Made by a program: the position numbers and the translations under genes. Shown one piece after another: positions 28,601 to 43,600 of a stretch of DNA of 64,000 nt. This DNA is from Styela clava (Eukaryota): positions 12,710,001-12,774,000 of the forward strand of contig NC_135252.1 in assembly GCF_964204865.1 (NCBI RefSeq), given 5' to 3'. The notes under the pieces were generated by a model. That model ran no database searches, was not told the origin of the DNA, and was given only the letters and a program-made list of their open reading frames with translations. Within the stretch, counting starts at the first letter, position 1, and the number at the start of each line of letters is the position of its first letter.

Positions 28601-31600
28601 TTAAGAATAGGACGCTTGACAACAAGTAAATAAAAGATGCCATGAATATACGCAGATCATAAAATAATGCTGTAATACCTACAGGTCATACAAAAAAGCA
28701 AATGGTGCTAGTGGTAGTTGTGCATGTGGTACAAGTGGTGCAAAAAGCAATACAGGTAGTGCAAAGGATACAAAAGTACAAGTGGTACACTTTTGCAATA
28801 AAGGTACACATACTACATAGTACATACTACACATGTAAATGCTGTATGTATGATCCATATGGTACAGATGGTGCAAGTACCACATGTGGTGTGCAACCTT
28901 TCAAAAGTTGAGTTGCATGAAAAGTGTGCAAATAGTTTAATCAAGGTGAGTCTGACTAGTCAGATGATCTGCACAATTGTTTTGGCCATTCAAATTAAAA
29001 CTATAATTTGAAGAAAATGAAATTATGCTTCCCAGTGCTTATACTATATTAACAAACTCCAGTATGCAAGAAATGTTACCACTAAACTTACATATAGGTA
29101 TCAGAAACAGACCAAATGATGCTATGAACCTGAGAAAGTAGGAAAAATTGTATTTAATTGAAATGTTTGTTGTAGCCATATAATATTTACCAATTACCAG
29201 TACAATTTGAAGCAGTTGAACTCCATTCTCCGACCTTATCATTATTATTATCTTCACAAACAACTGTCTCAGATCCAGTACCATCCAATGTCATTCCTTC
29301 ATTACAACTCACAGTACAAGATGAATCGATTATATTTTCATTTGAACAACTTGCTGTTGTATTGTTTGATATTGATTCGTTAAAATATGAGCAGATAATA
29401 TCTGAAATGGGTAAATAACATCATCATAATTAGATTATACCATGTTCAATTATCTATAGCAATGTTGACATGTAAAGGGAGAAACTAATATACCATAGAA
29501 GAACAGAGATGTGCAACAGGCGGCGCGGGCCACAACCCAGTCTGCCAAGTTATCCAATGTGGCCCTTGTCAACCAACACTCAAGATTTTTCCCCATCAAG
29601 CATAAAATCCAAATCCAATACAGGTCTATATTTGAAAAGGCGCTCACATAGATCATAGTACATGTTTTTTTGCTCTTGTCGCTGCGTTTTATCTTTCGCA
29701 GTTTTTCACAGGGTATTTTTTACGATAAGGATAAGCAGATAGCACCATTCTCTTCTCTTTTCCACTGAATTTTCTGTGTGGCCCGGCTAGATGTCTGAAA
29801 TGGTCATATGACCCCACCCGACAAAAAATGTTGCACACATCTGCCATAGAAGCTATAAATACAAAAGGACTTGTACATAGAAATTCAGTAAAGAATAAAC
29901 TTACCTATACAATCAGGAATTTGAGCATCCCACTCTCCTACTCCATCATCATTAGAATCTTCACATTTTATAACACTGGTTTCTACATTTAATTTCTTCT
30001 TATCAGGACAACTGAATGTACATTCAGAATCAAATGTATTTGTTCCAGTACAATCAAAAACAGTTTCAGGTGCTAGAGTTGATGGATCCAAAGTTGGACA
30101 AGTGATGACTGAAAATGAAATAAACAGTAGATATCGTAACTACAGAGTGAGTTAATAAACTGTTAATTTAGGAGTTTACTTGCATATCATGTTTGAACAA
30201 ATTCAGAATCAAAACCAAGCAGTGCAATTTATAAAATGGAAACTACCATTTATTCAAAACAATATTAAGACATTGTCCGGAGTGAGCTTTAACATTGGCA
30301 ACAATGCCTAGCTACCTTGGAAACGAATCATAATATTTTCACCAAAACATTGTAGTAATACAATTATACGAAGAAAAACAGTCAACTTTAGAATTAAGAA
30401 AAAGATAAACTCAGTTGTTGGTCACTGGTATGGCGCATTATGCTATGCTTGCCACAGCCTCTCTGATCACCATGCGTGGCTTCGCAGGTTCGAACCACAT
30501 AGGGGATAATTATGTGCGAGAAGATTAATGGACCCATCGCTGCTGTAGGGTGATTCACATAACCGTTGGTCGGTTATGGCTTCCTCCACCACCAAGTTTA
30601 TGCGACCGAAAACAAAATAACTGGCTAACTAATCCCATATCCAACGAGGACTGGTAACCGGACAAGAGGCCATGGTTCGCCATATGATTTCACCCTGGTA
30701 AAATTATAGTTTTCGATCAGCTTTCAACTACGTTGAAGTCACTACCATAATGCTCCATTGAGTTCAGATAATCCAAAACAGCAAGCAAGTACTGAAATGC
30801 ATATATTTTATATCACCATCACCAAGTCCAAATAACTCCACAAACCTTTGCAACTAGCTGCAGTTTCATTCCATTCTCCTTCTCCGTCACCATCATTATC
30901 TTCACAAATAACAGATCCAGATCCTGTACTGTAATCCAATGTCATTCCTTCAGGACAACTCATATCACAATTTGATTTTTTTATAAATCCATTTGTACAT
31001 GTTACTTGTGTTTCATTTGTTACAATAGTAGATAGATCAGGACATTGAACATCTATGAACAAGAATCACCATAATATTTATGGCAGTAACATTTAACAGT
31101 TTGAGCCATTACATGATATCGGGCATCAAGGTATTAAAAGTTCATTTTCTCAAAACGAATAACTTTCCCATACACGACATAGGTAAGTAACTGGATGAGG
31201 CGCTGTGGTTCGACATATGATCACGCCATCTAACCAGAATAAATACAAAAATTTTTATCCTAGGGTTCTTAGATCTATAGAGAAATAAATTACTTTACAT
31301 CAGTGGTTCTCAAACTTCAGAATTTGTCAAGTCTTGCGCCCTACCTCAAAAATAACTAAGCTAACAATAAGCTACAAATAATAGATAGTACGGCGAAGTA
31401 TGTTTTATTAAAAAAACACGTTGATAATATGTTTACCTAATAAAGAAATGCAATATATATATATCTCGGATGATAGTGATATTGTACCATACGTGTGAAA
31501 CATTCAAACAATCAAACAGCATCTGTTAAAAAACAATATACTTACCAATACAATCAGGAACATCAATATTCCATTCACCAACACCATCATCATTTGAATC

Positions 31601-34600
31601 AACACATTCTATTGTATCCATTCCACCAGATAATTTCATTGTATCGATACATTCAAATATACAAACAGAAGCATAGATATTTATATTTGAGCAATTAAAT
31701 GTTGTTCCAGAAGAAAAGTTAGACATTGTAAAAGATGGACAAAGTATTTCTGAAATGGAAAATACATTGAAGGAACCGAGATGCTTGTACATTGTGTATA
31801 TTGTCACCAGCAAATGAAAATTTCATTGTAGTCTCTTCCTACAAAATGTAAAGTGTCAAGTCTACACATGTTTTAGATGCAGATGGCTTTCTGCACGAAA
31901 TATATCTTCAATGAAGACACACAGGACACAGCATCGGCACCAACCCTAATATTTGCAATATTGTTATGAGATTGCTTACACTCTAAAAACACAAAACAAA
32001 ACCCAAAATATGAAAACCTTCACATTATCACAGATTCAGAATATTTATGAATTCTGATAGAAACATACAGCCTAGCAGCACATAAACACCAACAATGCAC
32101 AATTTCTGCCACTTCATTCTCTTGGCCAGGGCTCTTCAAACTGGCTGAACTGCCCGGTGAGTCGCAAAGGAGCTCAATGGAGGTGTACAATCTTTTTTGA
32201 CACTAACTTATGCTAAAACCGATACTGCTTAAATTTGGAACAAGTACTGAGACACACCGTCACCAGAACAGAGCCAAGATTCGTTTTTTTGCACATCGGC
32301 CCTCGAGGTATTGTCCGTTTCACTATTTTTTTTAATTTCCTGTATTTTTATATTTTACTGAGGGTCACAAATTTTTTTTTCATTTGGCTATGCCAAGTGG
32401 GTTGTGATGAAAAAAGTTTGAACAACACTGCTCTTGACGATAGCTGATCAATGACAGTTTAGACCTAATTTTAGCTGCTTGAAAAGTTGAATAACAAGTC
32501 CATTAAAATTGTAAATATGCTGGGAGATCAGAAGTCTCAACAAACTGTTCTTTCTTATATATAACATAAGCTTTAAACAGCATGGCAAACAATCCAGAGA
32601 AAGTCACAAATCTCGAAAACAATCAACACTGTCATCTCACAAATGTTTAGTCTACACTTAGCATGAGTAACGTGATTCTGTGTTTGATGCAATGTAAAAT
32701 CGTTGAAATGAATTTAGAATCTACCTATCTAAAGTGATTCATCATTTTAGAAATTAATAACAATCATCAAGATCTGATATTTAGAAATGAATAGAAAATT
32801 GAATTATATTCTCCGAATATTATTGGTGTGAGTTGGTATTGAGTATTAGAAGTTGTAACAAATAAGGGGTTGTATTACATAACATTGTCTATACCAGTGT
32901 TTCCCAACCTACGAGTCGCACCCAAAACTGGGTTGCCTGAGAGCCCACTCCGGTTGCTTGTTTTTTCAACAAAAAGTTACTGATTTTATTTTCCAGTAAA
33001 TTTCATATTTGGTATTGAAGTGTTGCTCCGTAGTATTGTATTAGTGAGTGATATCAAGGTGTAAAAACTTGGATGTATCTATTTTTCTCAGGTAATGCCA
33101 TGGTACAATATCAAAAACTCGCAAATGACAAACAAATGCAGCTTTTTCACTTTGAGGTTCTAAATGCTATGTAGAAATATGGTTTTATAATAGCCATTTA
33201 ATTTTGCGGGCAATAACAGCACTACATCAAGTCTCGTATTTCTTTGTATAATATATCATTGGGACGCGAGATTTTACAAAAATTGGGAACCCCTGAAATA
33301 TACTATTAAATATTTCATACTTTACCAGTGCAATTAGAAGCAGTTGAACTCCACTCTCCGATCTCATCATTATTATTATCTTCACAAACAACTGTCTCAG
33401 ATCCAGTACCATCCAATGTCATGCCTTCATTACAACTTACAGTACAAGATGAATCGATTATATTTTCATTTGAACAACTTGCTATTGTATCGCTAGATAT
33501 TGATTTGTTTACATATGGGCAGATAATATCTGGAAAAAATGTAACAGCCCGGTCACATTCAAGTCTTGAAGACTTGAGATAGAGTCACGTTTTTAAAGAC
33601 TCGAGTGCTCTAAGCAAAATAACTCGACTCAAAAGAGCACAAAAGAGAGTTGGAGGAAATTTTGAAGGAGGAAAGGAGTTTTGAAAATCAGATAAAACTC
33701 TGGTTAGGTACTATTTACAACAGTGATTAATGTTGTATTGCAAATATAGAAATTCCTTATTCCTTTCAACAATGACTCGTAATATCTCGACGACTCACAG
33801 GCCTCATGATTCGGGAACTTTTATTTAACACTGATAGATAGGACTTTTCTGAAACCAATGCAAATCTTTTCACTTTCAATGTGACATATATTAAATCGAT
33901 AAATAAACAATCTAACCAATACAGTCAGGAATTTGAGCATTCCACTCTCCTATTCCATCATCATCTGAATCTTCACATTTTATAACACTGGTTTCTACAT
34001 TTAATTTCTTCTTATTAGGACAGCTGAATGTACATTCAGAATCAAATGTATTTGTTCCAGTACAATCAAAAACAGTTTCAGGTGCTAGAGTCAATGGATC
34101 CAAAATTGGACAAGTGATGACTGTAAAACAGAAAAATATAAAATTTTAACAGCTCTATCAATAGTGAAGTTGAAAACTCTATACAGATATCCAATATGTA
34201 ATTTTTTTTCTATTCTCTATCACACTACATCAAGTTCAGAAAACGCCAAGACATTCAAAAAAATCAGTCAAAACAGCACTTATCAAATAGCACATTCAAA
34301 CTGCTAATAATGAACAATTCAGCATATTTACATGTTCTTATTTTGAAAAATATGGGTACTATTAGTTTTGACCAACTACCTTTACAACTAGCTGCAGATA
34401 CATTCCATTCTCCTTCTCCATCACCATCATTATCTTCACAAATAACAGAACCAGATCCTGTATTTTCATCCAATGTCATTCCTTCAGGACAACTCATATC
34501 ACAATTTGAATTTTTTATAAATCCATTTGTACATGTTACTTGTGTTTCATTTGTTACAATAGTAGAGAGATCAGGGCAGAGGATATCTGAATAGGAGAAG

Positions 34601-37600
34601 CATAAAGTACAGACTGTTGTAAAACAATATATACTACAAAAAATCATTTTGTACAAGATCTTCATGACAGAAGATTTTTCCAATATGAAAAAATGATAAA
34701 ATACGTATGCAAATGCAGCTGTTCGTTTAATTCAAGTTGGGGTTGACTATAAAACAATTAACAGTAAAATGTACGTAAATAGGATGTTATATTTTCCACC
34801 TATTGTGAAAAAGCCATTATTACATTTTCAGGCTTGAACACAAAATAAAATAGTTTTAAATTAAATTTTGAAAATCTTAATTGACAGATAGTAAACCCTA
34901 ACCAATAAGTGTTTCTACATGTTTCTAGCATCAGCAGTTTCAAGAACATTCAAATTTTAATTACTGTATGTAACAACCGAATGGTAAGACATAAACCATA
35001 TTTTTCCGGCTAATAAGCTAATTTTTTTTTACCCATTTTTTTGCCCGTCTGCTCATTAGCTGTCTGGACTTACTTTTTTATTACGAGGGAGGGGGGATTT
35101 TGGCTTATCATGGCTGTGAACCAGAAAAGTTGAATCAGCGCAGATTTTTGAATTTAAAACCCCATCAATGGCAAGCGATAGGGAGAAGTGACGGAATTTA
35201 CGGAAGTTTATCGATGTCCGTGCACTGAAGCTGACAAAAGCAGTCAGAATATATAATCAAAACTAGTCATCTGCACCTTTGTGAGCGGACTCTGATTTCA
35301 TTGCACAATTTAAAACGCTTCTAAATAGCAAAATAGAAATGATAAAAATAGAGCGTGCATTGCTGCTTGACTGATGAAACTGTCAAATAGATAAACAAAT
35401 AACAAAATATTTTTCTGCATTTGTTCATTGGGAATATGGGATAGTCATAATAAACCTCATTTTTGGTGCTAAAACTCGCCTCATTCATCAGTTTGCTTGT
35501 TAGCCGGAAAATAGGGTATATGCTGAAATCTTCATGCAAACTTTTCATACAAACTATAACAATCATCACATAAAAAACTGAGCTAATGAACGCATGAAAA
35601 TATACACACCAATACAATCAGGTACATCAATATTCCATTCACCAACACCATCATTATTTGAATCAACACATTCTATTGTATCTATTCCACCAGTTAATTT
35701 CATTGTATCAGTACATTCAAATGTACATAGAGAATCATAGATATTTATATTTGAGCAGTTAAAAGTTGTTCCAGAAGAGAAGTTAGACATAGTAAATGAT
35801 GAACAAAGTATTTCTGAAAAATGAATAGATTATTACCTGAACTCAACTTGACAAGATTTTGATCAAAGAATTATTTACGGTAAGTTGCATATATTATTGA
35901 AAGTGTATATCATCTTAGCCTATCCATATCTGTATCATTAATTTGAGACATCCAGCAACTTGAGCATACCTCAGTTCAGCATAATGTAAATTGATTCATC
36001 TGTAATTTGAAGCCAATTCAAATGAAGAACCTGGCCTATCTTTTTCATCAAATGAAGTTTTTTTTGTCAAAAAACAAAATGCACACCATTTGTGCTATAA
36101 TTACTATGCTATTTATACTTGGTCCAAGATTGATGTTACAAATATAAAGAACCAAGCAAAAAATAAACACATACATTACCTCATGTGAAGGATTTTCTTA
36201 AATGCTGATGTCACCATTTGGCAGCATTGGCACCACTTGCACCATGCATGAATACCACTTGCATAATATCTCCCTACTAGTGAAATGTTTATCGCATTTC
36301 TATAATAAGTACTACATGTACAACTTTTACATCACATACCAAAAATTATGCTTGCACCATGTATAGGCCCATTGCACCATTTGAACCATTTATACCTTTT
36401 GCACCACATGTACCATGTCTACAACTTTTACCACTTGTCCCATTTTAGCAACATGTATACACTTGCACCACATATACCTCTTGTACATGAAAATCTTGTG
36501 CAATGCAAAGAAGAATTTCACTTCTGTGTATGCCACTTTCATAATTTCACCAAATGTACCACTTGTGCCATCTAGTATCATGTATGCCTTGCCACAATTT
36601 GTGAAAATTGTGTCATGTTTACCCTCCGCACCATATATACGATGAGCATTATGTGTACTGAATATATCAGATGCACCACATGTACTCTTTGCACCATTTG
36701 TACCACATGTACAACTTTAAACACTTCTATCAAATCTAGAAATGGTACCACTCACACAACGTGAAACATATGTACATACTAGTTACACCACATGTGCCAT
36801 CTTCACCATTTCTATTGTGTAAATATTGTACCATGTGTACACCTATTTGGACTTTGAGCACTTGAAATATGCAAATCATTTTGTAAGTGCCACAAGTTGG
36901 TAAATCCGGATATAGATATGAGTGGGGACAAAATGGTCATACCTGAAATAAGCTAGCAAAATACAAAACTCAACTAGTTAACACAATTTTTTGTGAGTGG
37001 AACAATTTTCCAATTTAATATATAGGGCTGTCACGTAATTCGGAAGTATAGCGATTTTCATTAGTTTATTTATCTTTTGAGCATGAAAGAGAAGATGATA
37101 ATTATATGACAGTTTATCTATTATTTAAATACTTTACCAGTACAATTTGATGCAGCTGAACTCCATTCTCCAACTTCATCATTATTATTATCTTCACAAA
37201 CAACTGTCTCAGATCCAGTACCATCCAAAGTCATTCCTTCATTACAACTCACAGTACAAGATGAATCGATTATATTTTCATTTGAACAACTTGCTATTGT
37301 ATTGCTTGTTATGGATTTATTCATATATGAACAGATGATATCTAAAACAGAATGACATGGTTACATTAAAGCAATATGTAATCAGGCCGCATTAATTATG
37401 AAGTGTTCAATATATCTTACATATATAATGAACAATGGTGATATACCAGTTTTGGGGTAAAATATTCAATGTATATCAGACAACCTATATAAATGTCGTC
37501 AATCATCTTGCAATAAAGCTATGTATTGATTTCACCTTACTTATAACAACAAAAGTACAGCATAAACATATTCAGAAGAAAAAAAAACTAACCAATACAA

Positions 37601-40600
37601 TCCGGTATCTGAGCATTCCACTCTCCTATTCCATCATCATCAGAATCTTCACATTTTATAACACTGGTTTCTACATTTAATTTCTTCTTATTAGGACAAC
37701 TGAATGTACATTCAGAATCAAATGTATTTGTTCCAGTACAATCAAAAACAGTTTCAGGTGCTAGAGTTGATGGATCCAAAGTTGGACAGGTGATGACTGT
37801 GGACCAAACAATTTTAGAAATTGTCAATGGTAAAGTGGAAAACACAAGATGATCAACCAATTGTTATTCAAGATATTTTTCTACGTTGACAATGTTTGCA
37901 ACACAAACCAAGTACTGTTAATTATAAATCAAAATCACCATTAGTCGAATACAAAATTGAAACAGCTAATAATGTACATTACATGATCAGAGTTGTAGTC
38001 TTTATATGTTCTTATTCTGTTAAATATAAAGATTTATAAGTTTTGACTTCACAATCACATACCTTTGCAACTAGCTGCAGTTTCATTCCATTCTCCTTCT
38101 CCGTCACCATCAATGTCTTCACAAATAACAGATCCTGATCCCGTACTTCCATCCAATGTCATTCCTTCAGGACAACTCATATCACAATTTGAATTCTTTA
38201 CAAATCCATTTGTACATGTTACTTGTGTTTCATTTGTTACAATAGTGGATAGATCGGGGCAGAGAATATCTACGAAACAGAAACGTGACTAATAGAACGC
38301 ACATACTATAGCAGTCAATTGTCCCAAATGTCCTAATTTTATCTACATAAATCTTGTTTACACACCAATACAATCAGGAACATCAATATTCCATTCACCA
38401 ACACCATCATCATTTGAATCAACACATTCTATTGTATCCATCCCACCAGTTAATTTCATTGTATCGATACATTCAAATGTACACACAGAACCATAGATAT
38501 TTGTATCTGTGCAGTCAAATGTTGTTCCAGCGGTAAAATTAGTCAAAGTAAAAGCTGGACAAAGTATTTCTGAAAAAAAATGTAGAGTTTATTACCTGAA
38601 CTCAACTTCACAAGAAGATATTGATCAAAGATTTATGTAAGTTGCACAAAATTATTGATATATATCATCTTAGCCTATCAACATCTGCCTCATAAATTTG
38701 AGACATACAGCATCTTGAGTGCACTTCAACACAGTGTAAATGTATGCACTTGTGTCTTAAAGTGAATTCAAATGAAGCCCCTGGCCCAACTGCTTCATTA
38801 TATGAAGTTTTTGTAACAAAATGCACACCGTTTGGACTATGAATACTATTTATTTATATTTGGTCCCAGATTGACTTTACAAATACACCGAACCAAGCAA
38901 AAAATAGACAAACATTACCTCATGTGAATAATTTTCTTAATTGCTAATGTGAAAAATGGTAGCATTGGCACCATGCATACGACTTGCAAAATATCTCCCT
39001 ACTAGTGAAATGTTTTAGCCCATTTCTAAACTAAGTACTACATGTACATACAGCCTTCATATCCCATACCGTAAATTGTGCTTGCACCATGTACACACCT
39101 CTTGTACCATTCCTACGTCTTGCACCACATGTATCATGTCTACAACTTTTACCACTTGTGGTTGTAACACTTCAGCAACATGTATACACTTGTAGAGCAT
39201 ATACTACTTGATGTGCAAAGAAATATTTCACTTCTGATGTGCATGCCACTTTTATTATTACACCAAATGTACTACTTGTGCCATCTATCAACCCTATAGT
39301 AACCCTGCCCGGCCTCAATTTGTGGAAAATTGTGTCATTTTCAACGTCTGAATCATATATATGTGAATTATGTGTACCACATACCGTATATCAGATGCAC
39401 CACATATACTATTTGCACCATTTGTAACACATGCACAACTTTCCACACTTCTAGCAAATCTAGCCCTAATAACACCTATACATGAATCATGTGTTACTCC
39501 ACATGTACCATTTTCATCATTCCCACTGTGTACATCTTGTACATCTATCTGGAATTCCAAATACATGCATTCAAATCATATTGCAAGTGTCACAAGTTGG
39601 TCAATCCGGATATAGTTATACTGGTAAGTGGGAACAAAATGGTCATACCTGGAATAGGCTGGCACAACACAAAGCTCAACTGGTTTACACAATTTTTTTG
39701 TGAGTGGAACAATTTTCCAATTTAACTGCTGCCACTAAATTTGAGAGCATAGCAATTTTCTTTAGTTTGTATTCATGTTTTGAGCATGAAGGAAAAGTTG
39801 AGAATTGTATTACAATATATCTATTATTTATTTCAAATACTTTACCAGTACAATCAGAAGCAGCTGAACTCCACTCTCCAACCTCATCATTATTATTATC
39901 TTCACAGACAACTGTCTCAGATCCAGTACCATCCAATGTCATGCCTTCATTACAACTTACAGTACAAGATGAATCGATTATATTTTCATTTGAACAACTT
40001 GCTATTGTATCGCTTGATATGGATTTATTTATATATGGACAGATGATATCTAATATAAAATTAATGGCATGGTTACATTTAGGCAATATGTAATCAGGCC
40101 TCATTAATTATGGCTTGGTTAATATATCCCACATATGGTGATGAACCAGTTTTGGAGTAAAAATATTTACTGTATGTCAGATAACCTATATTAATGTCGG
40201 CAATCATGTTGCAATAAAGCTATGTATAGATTATACCAGGGGTGGGCACACCGCGGCTCGCCAGACTTTTTGTGCGGCTCTTCTCGCTAACATAAATTAT
40301 TATCCAAATTTTAACTAAGAAAAAAACTTTAATGTAAACTCTTTTAATTTAATAAGAGTCGTAAAGAACTTTTCGTCAATGATTAGGACAAATTATGTTT
40401 TAGTATGAAAATCGCTGTGGCGTTGAATTTTGAATTTAAGTCAATCAAGTCAGCAAATCTTTGTCTCAACGGTCAATGTTTATTGATATGTCGGCAAAAT
40501 TGCAGCTTGATTGCGGTTAGTTAGTCTAAGTTACTGTGCGATATGTCCTCAATTAAAAAACGAACGTACAAAGATAAAAACAGAGTTGTCAAGTCAGAAT

Positions 40601-43600
40601 GGGAAGAACGTACGGATTTACCAGTCAGGAGAATAAACCTTTGTGCTAAATCTGTCATAAGCTACTAAGTCAGAATAAAGTCAGCAATGTTAAACGGCAC
40701 CATGAAACGAATCATGAAAACTTCATACGAGACTACCCTCGTAAATCAGCTATAAGGAAACACAAATTAAATGAGCTCAAATTGTGCGTATATTTGAGTA
40801 TAGCTGCCTTATTCATCTATTTATTGTTATTAGACTCTCGTGTGAATTTCTTTTCTGTTCATGGTATTTTGATAATATTAATGAATTCACAAATTCTGCG
40901 GCTCTTTTAAAGTTCTGACTTGCAGCATGCGGCTCTTATACTGAAAAATTGTGCCCACCCCTGGATTATACCATACTTATAACAACAAAAGTACTGTATA
41001 AACATATTCAGAAGAAAAGAAAACTAACCAATACAATCTGGTATCTGACCATTCCACTCTCCTGTTCCATCATCATCAGAATCTTCACATTTTATAACAC
41101 CGGTTTCAACATTTAATTTCTTCTTATCAGGACAACTGAATGTACATTCAGAATCGAAAGTATTTGTTCCAGTACAATCAAAAACAGTTTCAGGTGCTAG
41201 AGTTGATGGATCCAAAGTTGGACAAGTGATGACTGTGGACCAAAAATATTTAGAAATTGTCAATGGTAAAGTGGAAAACACAAGAGGATCAACCAACTGT
41301 TAATCAAGAAATTATTTTACGTTGACAATGTTTGAAACACAAACCAAGTACGGGTAAATATAAATCAAAATCACCATTAGTCAAATAGAAGATTGAAACA
41401 GCTAATAATGTACATTACATGATCAGAGTTGTTGTCTTTAGATGTTCTTATTCTGTTAAATATAAAGATTTATTAGTTTTGACTTCACAATGACATACCT
41501 TTGCAACTAGCTGCAGTTTCATTCCATTCTCCCTCTCCATCACCATCATTATCTTCACAAATAACAGATCCAGATCCTGTTCTTTCATCCAATGTCATTC
41601 CTTCAGGACAACTCATATCACAATTTGAATTTTTAATAAACCCATTTGTACATGTTACTTGTGTTTTATTTGTTACAATAGTAGATAGATCGGGGCAGAG
41701 AATATCTACGAAACAGAAATGTGAATAATAGAACGCACATACTATAGCAGTCAATTGTCCCAAGATTTCCTGATTTTTTCTAAAGAAATCTTGTATACTC
41801 ACCAATACAATCAGGAACATCAATATTCCATTCACCTACACCATCATCATTTGAATCAACACATTCTATTGTATCCATTCCACCAGTTAATTTCATTGTA
41901 TCGATACATTCAAATGTACACACAGAACCATAAATATTTATATCTGTGCAGTCAAATGTTGTTCCAACAGTAAAATTAGTCATAGTAAAAGCTGGACAAA
42001 GTATTTCTGAAAAAAATGTAGAGATTATGACCTGAATTCAACTTTACAAGAAGATATTGATCAAAGATTTATGTAAGTTGCACAAAATTATTGATATATA
42101 TCATCTTAGCCTATCAACATCTGCATCATAAATTTGAGACATACAGCATCTTGATTGCACTTCAACACAATGTAATTGTATTCATTTGTGACTTAGAGTG
42201 AATCCAAATGAAGCCCCAGCCCGGATGCTTCATGATATGAAGTTTTTGTAACAAAATGCACATCGTTTGCGCTATGAATAATATTTTATTTATATTTCGT
42301 CCCGGATTGACTACAAAAACACCAAACTAAGCAAAAAATAGACAGCCTTCATATCCTATACCGTAAATTGGGCTTGCACCATGTACACACCTCTTGTACC
42401 ATTGCTACGTCTTGCACCACATGTATCATATTCATCTCTACAACTTTTACCACCTGTGGTTGTAACACTTTAGCAACATGTATACACTTGCAGCGCATAT
42501 ACTTCTTGATGTGCAAAGAAATATTTCACTTTTGATGTGCATGCCACTTTTATTATAACACCAAATGTACTATTTGTGCCATAGTAACCCCCTCCCGGCC
42601 ACAATTGGTGGATAATTGTGTCATTTTCAACGTCTGAACCATATATATGATGTGCATTATGTGTACCACATATATCAAATGCACCACATATATACTATTT
42701 GCACCATTTGTAACACATGCACAACTTTCCACACTTCTAGCAATTCTAGCCCTAATACCACCTATACATGAATCATGTGTTACTCCACATGTACCATTTT
42801 CATCATTCCCACTGTGTACATCTTGTACCATGTGTACATCTATCTGGACTTCCAAATACATGCATTCAAATCATATTGCAAGTGTCACAAGTTGGTCAAT
42901 CCGGATATAGTTATACCGGTAAGCAGGAACAAAATGGTCATATCTGGAATCGGCTAGCACAATATAAAGCTCAACTGGTTTACACAATTTTTTTGTGAGT
43001 GGAACAATTTTCCAATTTAACTGCTGCCACTAAATTTGAAAGCATAGCGACTCTCTTCAGTTTGTATTTATGTTTTAAGCATGAAAGAAAAGTAGAGAAT
43101 TGTATTACAATATATCTACTATTTATTTTAAGTACTTTACCAGTACAATTTGATGCAGCTGAACTCCATTCACCAATCTCATCATCATTATTATCTTGAC
43201 AAACAACTGTCTCAGATCCAGTACCATCCAATGTCATGCCTTCATTACAACTCACAGTACAAGATGAATCGATTATGTTTTCATTTGAACAACTTGCTAT
43301 TGTATCGCTTGATATTGATTTGTTTAAATATGGACAAATGATATCTGAGATAAAATTAATGGCATGGTTACATCAAAGCAATATGTTATCAGCCCTCATT
43401 AATTATAAGTTGGTGGTAAACCAATGGTGATAAACCAGTTTTGAGGTAAAACCTTCACTGTATATCAGATAACCTATATAAATGTCGGCAATCACGTTGC
43501 AATGAGGCTATGTACTGATTTTACCTTGTTACTTATAACAACAAAAGTACAGCATAAACATATTCAAAAGAAGAAAAAACTGACCAATACAATCCGGTAT

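Noticed and set aside
36348-42998. His/Cys/Thr-rich ORFs suggesting a metallothionein or antifreeze-like gene
   Set aside because: They derive from the degenerate 9-bp intronic repeat; frames and stops are not conserved between paralogous copies
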